Origin: Oscillospiraceae bacterium
GTDB taxonomy: Bacteria; Bacillota; Clostridia; Oscillospirales; CAG-272
DNA length: 64,000 bases
NCBI GenBank assembly: GCA_015063895.1
Contig: SVTG01000001.1
Coordinates: 13,260-77,259, forward strand
Direction: 5' to 3'
This document shows, piece after piece, positions 48,161-54,738 of this stretch. A model generated the notes under the pieces. The model was not told the DNA's origin and ran no database searches. It saw nothing but the letters and a program-made list of their open reading frames with translations. The position numbers and the translations under genes are program-made. How positions within the stretch are numbered: position 1 is the stretch's first letter; each line of letters opens with the position of its first letter.

Positions 48161-48637
48161 ATGAACGATGTGAATGAAATATATAGAATGTTAAATTGCC
48201 AAAGTAAATTAGAGGAGCAATTAAGGGGAATCAAACTGGCAAGAAACTTAGAAGATTTGTCTTTTTTAATTCTTCCTTTTGCAAACGGAGAAAGCAAGAG
48301 ACTTTGGGAAAATTGTGCAAAAGCATTATACGAAATATCAGATGAAAAATTAGAGCAATACTTACCTTCTTTGTTAGAGTGGTTGCAAGATTTAAATTGG
48401 CCCGGGGCATTGATAATATTAGACAGACTTAAAAAATTTTCAGGTAAAAAATTAAAAAAGCCCTTTATGGATCGGTATACTTTTGCTTGTAATTTGAATG
48501 ACGAAGAAGGGTTGATGTGGTTAGATTATTTGTCAGAATTGCTTGAAAATGAGCAATTGAAGCAAGAATTGCCTATACATGTCAAAGAAAAGTTGCAAGA
48601 ACATTTTAAAAATTGGGGTTTTTGGTATAGTGAGTAA
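48161..48637 (+). CDS. cognate immunity protein candidate (DUF5071-like)
   Basis: The ATG directly abuts the rhs stop (TAAATG). 158 aa. ...LLEWLQDLNWPGALIILDRL... resembles the DUF5071 family. Confidence 0.65.
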   Translation: MNDVNEIYRMLNCQSKLEEQLRGIKLARNLEDLSFLILPFANGESKRLWENCAKALYEISDEKLEQYLPSLLEWLQDLNWPGALIILDRLKKFSGKKLKKPFMDRYTFACNLNDEEGLMWLDYLSELLENEQLKQELPIHVKEKLQEHFKNWGFWYSE

Positions 48638-48643
48638 CATAGT

Positions 48644-48728
48644 AACACAGGGGACGGTTCATTGTGTTAAGTTGACAGCGTAACAAATTGTGGTAAAATG
48701 TAACCACAGGGCAATTTCCTGTGGTTAC
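48644..48728. repeat. cassette-boundary paired-hairpin element, copy 1 (variant second hairpin)
   Basis: AACACAGGGGACGGTTCATTGTGTT, then a spacer containing TTGACA, then GTAACCACAGG-GCAATTT-CCTGTGGTTAC. Confidence 0.9.
48672..48699 (+). promoter_or_regulatory. candidate promoter inside element copy 1
   Basis: TTGACA (48672-48677), 16-nt spacer ending in TGG, TAAAAT (48694-48699). Confidence 0.45.
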
Positions 48729-50223
48729 ATCTGCCACCGCCGACGGCAGCTACGATCAAGTCAATTACACCTACGATGAAAAGTCGCAGCTGGTGCGTGT
48801 TGATATCCTTTATAACGGTGATCCGACGCATGAGCGCTCCTTGACCTACGTCTATACCTATGATAACGCAGGCAATCGCACGGCGGTGATGAAGTACGCT
48901 TATACCTCGCCCGACCAAACGCCAATGGCACCGCTTGCCACCAAGAGCTATACCTATCAGGGCAATTTGCTGGTGAGCGCCAACGGGCAGGCCGTCACGT
49001 ATGACCAAATCGGTAACCCCTTAAGCTATAACGGTGCCACGTTTACGTGGCAGGGGCGGCGCTTGATGCAATATGCCAAGGGCAACCAAACCGTTTCGTA
49101 TACCTACAATGCCGATGGCATTCGCACAAGCAAGACCGTAAACGGCATCAAGCACGAATACGTGCTTGACGGCACGCAGATTTTGCGTGAGCGTATTTAC
49201 AGCGCAAACGGACAATACGTGGCACAGGAGCTGCGCTATTATTACGACGGGCAGGGGCAGCCTGCGGCGCTGCGGCACGTGACCTTTAACCAAAGCGGCA
49301 CCGAAACGGCCAACGATCTCTATTATTTCAGCACCACGCTTGCGGGTGACGTCTGCCATATCTACGATGAAAACGGCACCGTGCTTGCCACCTACGTTTA
49401 CGATGCCTGGGGCAACGTAACCGAAATTCAAGAGCTTGCCGACGGCGGCACCGAAATTGCCAACCTCAACCCCTTGCGCTACCGTGGGTATTATTTTGAT
49501 ACCGACACGAGGTATTATTATCTGAATTCCAGATATTACAGCGCCGAGTGGGGGAGGATGATCAGTCCCGATAATGCCAATGTTGTAACAGCTACTCCCA
49601 CGGCACTCACTGATAAAAATTTGTATGCTTACTGTGATAATAACCCTGTTATGAGGGTTGATGCATGTGGGGAATTTTGGCATATAGCTGTTGGTGCAAT
49701 TGCGGGAGCAATAATAGGTGGAGTAACTAAAGTAGTATCTAATGCTATAGAAGGTAAATCGCTAAATGATGGTTTGGCAATGGCTATGATAACAGGTGCT
49801 GCTAGTGGAGCTCTCGCGGCAACAGGTGTTGGAATTGTTGGACAGGTAGTTGGAAGTGCAGCAATTGCAATGGCAGGAAATGCTACACAACAAGTTATAA
49901 ATATTGCCCAAGGTGAAAGTGAAACTTTTAGTGTTATAGAAGTTTTGGCAGATGGAGCTATTGGAGCAGCGGGGGGATTATTAGGGGGACCAGGAGCTAG
50001 TCAAGGAAATAATAAAACCGCGATGACTTTAGGAAAGCAATTAACAAAAAGAATTTTTACTAAGGGGGAAGTTTCTAAAGGATTATCTTATTATGCCAAA
50101 AATATGATGAATGGTGCGGGTAAATCAATTTTCAAAGGATTGAGAAATGCATTGGTTTTCTCTGGTACGACAACGCTTACTTTAAATTCAAATAGAGCAG
50201 TATACAATAGGTGGTTCAGATGA
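48721..50223 (+). CDS. orphan Rhs C-terminal fragment: RHS core plus alternative glycine-zipper-rich toxin tail (no own N-terminus or RBS)
   Basis: The ORF opens inside a hairpin with GTG and no SD. Residues ~15-280 duplicate the main rhs core. After ...NNPVMRVDACGEF comes a different tail rich in GxxxG/A (IAGAIIGG..., GAASGALAATGVGIVGQVVGSAAIAMAG...). Confidence 0.75.
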   Translation: MVTSATADGSYDQVNYTYDEKSQLVRVDILYNGDPTHERSLTYVYTYDNAGNRTAVMKYAYTSPDQTPMAPLATKSYTYQGNLLVSANGQAVTYDQIGNPLSYNGATFTWQGRRLMQYAKGNQTVSYTYNADGIRTSKTVNGIKHEYVLDGTQILRERIYSANGQYVAQELRYYYDGQGQPAALRHVTFNQSGTETANDLYYFSTTLAGDVCHIYDENGTVLATYVYDAWGNVTEIQELADGGTEIANLNPLRYRGYYFDTDTRYYYLNSRYYSAEWGRMISPDNANVVTATPTALTDKNLYAYCDNNPVMRVDACGEFWHIAVGAIAGAIIGGVTKVVSNAIEGKSLNDGLAMAMITGAASGALAATGVGIVGQVVGSAAIAMAGNATQQVINIAQGESETFSVIEVLADGAIGAAGGLLGGPGASQGNNKTAMTLGKQLTKRIFTKGEVSKGLSYYAKNMMNGAGKSIFKGLRNALVFSGTTTLTLNSNRAVYNRWFR

Positions 50224-50648
50224 TTTTTCCGTTGAGTTTATGGATAGTTGGGTTTTTCATGTCTGTGTTGGTTAATTTTGTGAGTTATTTTGCGATCCGA
50301 GAAATTATATGGTCCATTATTTGGTGTGATAAAAAAGGGAAATACAGTGCTTTAAAACATGTAAAGAAAAAACTTTCTTTTTTTCAAAGAATTACTATGA
50401 GAAATTTAAAACAATATACCAGCATTCATGAAAAAAATTTTCTCTTTTGGTTAAAAATAAAATTGTTCTTTACAATAACAGAAATCATTTTGCTATTGTT
50501 TTATTGTATATGTATGGTTTTCCATCATCATTTTTTGTGTCAACAAGTTATGATTTTTATTATAATTCAATCTTATGTTTTATTTTTTATTTTGCGGTGT
50601 CAATTTGGTTTTCAACGCCGAACCAAATATGATAGAAGTAACAAATAA
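50220..50648 (+). CDS. polytopic membrane protein, candidate immunity for the orphan toxin
   Basis: ATGA start/stop overlap with the orphan rhs fragment. About 142 aa with 4 hydrophobic segments. Very AT-rich. Confidence 0.6.
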   Translation: MIFPLSLWIVGFFMSVLVNFVSYFAIREIIWSIIWCDKKGKYSALKHVKKKLSFFQRITMRNLKQYTSIHEKNFLFWLKIKLFFTITEIILLLFYCICMVFHHHFLCQQVMIFIIIQSYVLFFILRCQFGFQRRTKYDRSNK

Positions 50649-50723
50649 CACAGGGGACGGTTCCTTGTGTTAACGTTGACAAGAGCAAAAGCCATTATAA
50701 CACAGGGAACCGTCCCCTGTGTT
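50647..50723. repeat. cassette-boundary paired-hairpin element, copy 2
   Basis: AACACAGGGGACGGTTCCTTGTGTT-AACGTTGACAAGAGCAAAAGCCATTAT-AACACAGGGAACCGTCCCCTGTGTT. Confidence 0.95.
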
Positions 50724-50745
50724 CCAAAAAGGAGATCTCTTTTGA

Positions 50746-51345
50746 ATGATTGATTTACAAACATACCTTAAAAGCAAAATATGTGATATTATTTCAATGT
50801 GGAATGAAGATAATATCTATGCCATTTCATTTTTTGTTTATTCAAATGAGGCATATCAATACAATGGATATTCAAATGTAACCGAATTTTGTGTGAGTTA
50901 TAACACTGAGGCTGATTGTAACGGTGCGGACCGGTTCTCTGAGGAGCGTTGGAACTATGCTTTTTGGCGACAAAATGAATTTCCTGTTATTGAAGCTAAC
51001 AATGAAAACGAGGGCATCAAAATTCTTTTTGAATGGTACAAGCAAAACAGCATTGTAAATATTGGTTATGAAGATTCAAAAGCTTGTTATGATGATAAAA
51101 TGCGATATATCGGAAAAGGCCCTGTCGGTTATTATGAGCTGCTCTCAGAAATAGCAATCGTTGCAAAAGAACTTCAGGATAGCGGTTTTATTAAGAATAA
51201 ATTTGGTAGGGCGATTCCTATTATTCTCCACGACTTAGAGTATGCGTGGTACGTTATGGAAGCAACTAAAAAAGCAAATCCTAACGGAGAAGCTGATGTG
51301 TTTTTTGCTGCGATGAAAAAACTTGGTTTTAACACAGGGGATTAA
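50746..51345 (+). CDS. orphan immunity-type protein (possibly DUF4303-like), copy 1
   Basis: 199 aa. RBS AAAGGAGA. Protein identical to 52392-52991. Cytoplasmic, no signal peptide. Confidence 0.6.
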   Translation: MIDLQTYLKSKICDIISMWNEDNIYAISFFVYSNEAYQYNGYSNVTEFCVSYNTEADCNGADRFSEERWNYAFWRQNEFPVIEANNENEGIKILFEWYKQNSIVNIGYEDSKACYDDKMRYIGKGPVGYYELLSEIAIVAKELQDSGFIKNKFGRAIPIILHDLEYAWYVMEATKKANPNGEADVFFAAMKKLGFNTGD

Positions 51346-51396
51346 TAACACAGGGGTGGATCTAATTCGGTTATTTGGAGATTGGGGGTGATTTGC

Positions 51397-51792
51397 ATGA
51401 AAAAGATCATATTGCTTTTGTGTCTTGCTTCTATGCTTTCGTGTTGTTCCTGCGGTTTATTTGGTGCTCGAAAGTATGTGTGTGAAGTTGAAAACGTTGA
51501 TTCTATTCAAATTGTTAGATTGGATCAATATATCGAGGAGGAATTGCGATATGAATATACTGTTCTTTCACAAATTGTTGATTATGAGGCTTTTGTGTGT
51601 GAATTGAATGAAGTAGAGCATTCTGTAAATTGGGGTGACCCACGTCAAATGGACATTGGATATGTTGTCATTAAAATTAACTACATTAATGGTGATTTGA
51701 TTTGCTTCATCCGGATGCACAATGTTTTCATCGATCAGGAAAAAATCAATATGGTTATTTCTTTTTCGATGATGCAGCTTTTAATTTGTTGA
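51397..51792 (+). CDS. putative lipoprotein, copy 1 (frameshifted relative to copy 2)
   Basis: MKKIILLLCLASMLSCCSC signal. A T3 run at 51696-51698 replaces the T4 of copy 2 and changes the last ~35 residues. Confidence 0.5.
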   Translation: MKKIILLLCLASMLSCCSCGLFGARKYVCEVENVDSIQIVRLDQYIEEELRYEYTVLSQIVDYEAFVCELNEVEHSVNWGDPRQMDIGYVVIKINYINGDLICFIRMHNVFIDQEKINMVISFSMMQLLIC

Positions 51793-51800
51793 TCTCTAAT

Positions 51801-51874
51801 AACACAGGGACGGTTCTTTGTGTTAACGTTGACAAGGGAAAAAAGCCATAACACAGGGAACTGCCCCCTGTGTT
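51801..51874. repeat. cassette-boundary paired-hairpin element, copy 3
   Basis: AACACAGGGACGGTTCTTTGTGTT-AACGTTGACAAGGGAAAAAAGCCAT-AACACAGGGAACTGCCCCCTGTGTT. Confidence 0.9.
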
Positions 51875-51904
51875 CTGCAATACAATAAAATCAGGTGATT
51901 TATA

Positions 51905-52282
51905 ATGGATTTATTTTATCAAATATTAGCATTAACACTTACTTTGTTTTTAATGTTTTTTTTAATTCGTGGCGTAACAAGAATGTATATAGATTCTGTG
52001 TTAACAAAACGACAAAGAAAAACTCGTGCCAAGAAACAAACTTTTTTTGAGTGGTTTTTTTATAGGCGCTTTTTAGGTGTTTTGCCAAAATTTTCATTGG
52101 TATGGTATTATATTAATTTTGCTGTGTATTTTGTTATGGTTATTGCTGTCATTATATTAAAAATAGTCGGTATACCTAATATTGGTAGAGATATTGTGTG
52201 GGTGTATTTTGCTATCAATGCTGTTTTTCTCATTTCTTTTAGGTTTACTTGTGTTAAAGTTGACAAGGGCCAAAAGCCATGA
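51905..52282 (+). CDS. small polytopic membrane protein (immunity-type candidate)
   Basis: 125 aa with 3-4 TM segments. The 3' end is encoded by a partial boundary element (52248-52292). Confidence 0.5.
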   Translation: MDLFYQILALTLTLFLMFFLIRGVTRMYIDSVLTKRQRKTRAKKQTFFEWFFYRRFLGVLPKFSLVWYYINFAVYFVMVIAVIILKIVGIPNIGRDIVWVYFAINAVFLISFRFTCVKVDKGQKP

Positions 52283-52292
52283 TAAAATGCAT

Positions 52293-52369
52293 AACACAGG
52301 GGACGGTTCCTTGTGTTAACGTTGACAAGAGCAAAAGCCATTATAACGCAGGGAACCGTCCCCTGTGTT
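52293..52369. repeat. cassette-boundary paired-hairpin element, copy 4
   Basis: Identical to copy 2 except for one base (AACGCAGGG). Confidence 0.95.
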
Positions 52370-52391
52370 CCAAAAAGGAGATCTCTTTTGA

Positions 52392-52991
52392 ATGATTGAT
52401 TTACAAACATACCTTAAAAGCAAAATATGTGATATTATTTCAATGTGGAATGAAGATAATATCTATGCCATTTCATTTTTTGTTTATTCAAATGAGGCAT
52501 ATCAATACAATGGATATTCAAATGTAACCGAATTTTGTGTGAGTTATAACACTGAGGCTGATTGTAACGGTGCGGACCGGTTCTCTGAGGAGCGTTGGAA
52601 CTATGCTTTTTGGCGACAAAATGAATTTCCTGTTATTGAAGCTAACAATGAAAACGAGGGCATCAAAATTCTTTTTGAATGGTACAAGCAAAACAGCATT
52701 GTAAATATTGGTTATGAAGATTCAAAAGCTTGTTATGATGATAAAATGCGATATATCGGAAAAGGCCCTGTCGGTTATTATGAGCTGCTCTCAGAAATAG
52801 CAATCGTTGCAAAAGAACTTCAGGATAGCGGTTTTATTAAGAATAAATTTGGTAGGGCGATTCCTATTATTCTCCACGACTTAGAGTATGCGTGGTACGT
52901 TATGGAAGCAACTAAAAAAGCAAATCCTAACGGAGAAGCTGATGTGTTTTTTGCTGCGATGAAAAAACTTGGTTTTAACACAGGGGATTAA
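52392..52991 (+). CDS. orphan immunity-type protein, copy 2
   Basis: Protein identical to 50746-51345. Confidence 0.6.
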   Translation: MIDLQTYLKSKICDIISMWNEDNIYAISFFVYSNEAYQYNGYSNVTEFCVSYNTEADCNGADRFSEERWNYAFWRQNEFPVIEANNENEGIKILFEWYKQNSIVNIGYEDSKACYDDKMRYIGKGPVGYYELLSEIAIVAKELQDSGFIKNKFGRAIPIILHDLEYAWYVMEATKKANPNGEADVFFAAMKKLGFNTGD

Positions 52992-53042
52992 TAACACAGG
53001 GGTGGATCTAATTCGGTTATTTGGAGATTGGGGGTGATTTGC

Positions 53043-53474
53043 ATGAAAAAGATCATATTGCTTTTGTGTCTTGCTTCTATGCTTTCGTGTTGTTCCTGCG
53101 GTTTATTTGGTGCTCGAAAGTATGTGTGTGAAGTTGAAAACGTTGATTCTATTCAAATTGTTAGATTGGATCAATATATCGAGGAGGAATTGAGATATGA
53201 ATATACTGTTCTTTCACAAATTGTTGATTGTGAGGCTTTTGTGTCTGAATTGAATGAAGTAGAGCATTCTGTAAATTGGGGTGACCCACGTCAAATGGAC
53301 ATTGGATATGTTGTCATTAAAATTAACTACATTAATGGTGATTTTGATTTGCTTCATCCGGATGCACAATGTTTTCATCGATCGGGAAAAAATCAATATG
53401 GTTATTTCTTTTTCGATGATGCAGCTTTTAATTTGCTGATCTCTAATAACACAGGGGACGGTTCCTTGTGTTAA
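53043..53474 (+). CDS. putative lipoprotein, copy 2 (longer frame)
   Basis: 143 aa. Reads through hairpin A of the next element (...ISNNTGDGSLC*). Confidence 0.5.
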   Translation: MKKIILLLCLASMLSCCSCGLFGARKYVCEVENVDSIQIVRLDQYIEEELRYEYTVLSQIVDCEAFVSELNEVEHSVNWGDPRQMDIGYVVIKINYINGDFDLLHPDAQCFHRSGKNQYGYFFFDDAAFNLLISNNTGDGSLC

Positions 53475-53520
53475 ACTGACAAGGGCATAACACATAACAC
53501 AGGGAACCGTCCCTTGTGTT
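53448..53520. repeat. cassette-boundary paired-hairpin element, copy 5
   Basis: AACACAGGGGACGGTTCCTTGTGTT-AAACTGACAAGGGCATAACACAT-AACACAGGGAACCGTCCCTTGTGTT. Confidence 0.9.
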
Positions 53521-53536
53521 TAAGGAGAAAATGAAT

Positions 53537-53929
53537 ATGATCACAAGAAAAAATTTTCTTTTGTTGACAATAGCATTAATATTAACAGTCTGTATTTTAG
53601 TAGGTGCTATTATATTTTTGCGATACCGAAATCCTAAAGTAAACAGCTTTGAGTTTAGTGACTATCAGCATTATGTGGATGAATTTCCTTTGGATAAAAA
53701 TGTTGGCGCTATCATTGATGCGAAAGACGCTACTAAGAAAGCTGAAACCGTTTGGATAGAAATATACGGAAAAGCGGTGACAAAACAAAAACCATATGAA
53801 GTGTTTTACGATGCAGCGAATAAGGTTTGGCTTGTAAAAGGGACTGTAGGATTTCAACGTAAAGGTGGCGTAGCCCATATATTGATGAACAATACCGGTG
53901 ATGTATTGGCTGTATGGCATACGAAATAA
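53537..53929 (+). CDS. NTF2-fold immunity protein (Imm-NTF2-like), membrane-anchored
   Basis: The ATG at 53537 has the best spacing from AAGGAG (53531 is also possible). ...AETVWIEIYGKAVTKQKPYEVFYDAANKVWLVKGT...GGVAHILMNNTGDVLAVWHTK pattern. Confidence 0.65.
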   Translation: MITRKNFLLLTIALILTVCILVGAIIFLRYRNPKVNSFEFSDYQHYVDEFPLDKNVGAIIDAKDATKKAETVWIEIYGKAVTKQKPYEVFYDAANKVWLVKGTVGFQRKGGVAHILMNNTGDVLAVWHTK

Positions 53930-53932
53930 TGT

Positions 53933-54006
53933 AACACAGGGGACGGTTCCTTGTGTTAAAGCTTACAAGGGCATAACACATAACACAGGGAATCGTCCCC
54001 GGTGTT
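53933..54006. repeat. cassette-boundary paired-hairpin element, copy 6
   Basis: AACACAGGGGACGGTTCCTTGTGTT-AAAGCTTACAAGGGCATAACACAT-AACACAGGGAATCGTCCCCGGTGTT. Confidence 0.9.
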
Positions 54007-54049
54007 CCTAAATCACCCAAGACCCCATGGTTGCCATAAGGAGAACAAC

Positions 54050-54433
54050 ATGAAGAAAAAACGTTTTATATTGGCTATATTCGCACTAATTATTTTTGGA
54101 GGAATATTTAGTGTGGTGTTTCAATATCATCGGTTTAAAATAAGTGTTGGGAATTTCAATCTAATAGAATATCAATGGGAGATAGAGAATTTTTCAACTG
54201 AACAAAACATTGGAGAGATTATAGATAAAAACGATGCCGTTGAAAAGGCTGCGTCAATATGGCTTGAGCAATATGGCATTTGTGTTCAAAAAAAGAATAT
54301 TAAAGTGGATTTTGATTCTAGTGAGGATTGTTGGCATGTTTATAATTCAGTACCAAAAAATCAGTTAGGAGGAGTATACCACGCTATTATTCAAACCAAT
54401 GGAAACCTTGTTGCTGTTTGGGCTGAAGATTGA
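54050..54433 (+). CDS. NTF2-fold immunity protein (Imm-NTF2-like), second diverged paralogue
   Basis: ATG after AAGGAGA. 127 aa. ...AASIWLEQYGICVQKKNIKVDFDSSEDCWHVYNS...GGVYHAIIQTNGNLVAVWAED. Confidence 0.65.
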   Translation: MKKKRFILAIFALIIFGGIFSVVFQYHRFKISVGNFNLIEYQWEIENFSTEQNIGEIIDKNDAVEKAASIWLEQYGICVQKKNIKVDFDSSEDCWHVYNSVPKNQLGGVYHAIIQTNGNLVAVWAED

Positions 54434-54449
54434 ATGTTAAAGTTGTCAT

Positions 54450-54539
54450 AACACAGGGGACAGTCCCTTGTGTTAAAGCTTACAAGGTCAAAACGCCATG
54501 ACAAAATGCAACCACAGGAGTAAAATCCTGTGGTTGCAT
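54450..54539. repeat. cassette-boundary element, terminal copy 7 (variant second hairpin)
   Basis: AACACAGGGGACAGTCCCTTGTGTT, then a spacer, then ATGCAACCACAGGA-GTAAAA-TCCTGTGGTTGCAT (14-bp perfect stem). Confidence 0.9.
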
Positions 54540-54680
54540 AAATCACCTATGATAACGTAAGAGGGCACGGCGCTTGCCGCGCCTTTTTTAATTGGGGATT
54601 TGAAACGCAGATAAAAAACCAAATTATCCTTTGTACCTGCAAGGGAACAAATCTCCCCCATACAGCTTTCATATAGACAT

Positions 54681-54710
54681 TTTTATACAAAATGCAAATT
54701 TTGTATAAAA
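54681..54710. repeat. AT-rich perfect palindrome (13-bp arms)
   Basis: TTTTATACAAAAT-GCAA-ATTTTGTATAAAA. Confidence 0.85.
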
Positions 54711-54738
54711 AAGGGAATGTGAAAAGTCGTAAAAAGGA

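Larger units (their letters stand above)
50647..51824 (+). repeat. 1.18-kb direct duplication, copy 1 (copy 2 at 52293-53472)
   Basis: Offset is 1646 bp. Both copies start at the left edge of a boundary element and end in hairpin A of the next element. Confidence 0.9.

Noticed and set aside
50676-53967. Promoters in the spacers of element copies 2-6 (TTGACA/CTGACA box)
   Set aside because: A plausible -10 at correct spacing exists only in copy 1 (TTGACA-16-TAAAAT). In the other copies the best -10 candidates (TATAAC or TAACAC) sit 13-16 nt away and lack the invariant final T.
48644-54539. CRISPR array interpretation of the recurring 25-nt palindromic repeats
   Set aside because: The repeats occur as inverted pairs. 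The spacers are 0.4-2 kb long and contain genes with RBSs. There are no cas genes and no leader.
48644-54539. Classical integron (attC sites)
   Set aside because: There is no intI/attI/Pc in the window. The element ends do not fit the RYYYAAC / GTTRRRY core sites, and several cassettes hold two genes. Only the organisational analogy is retained.
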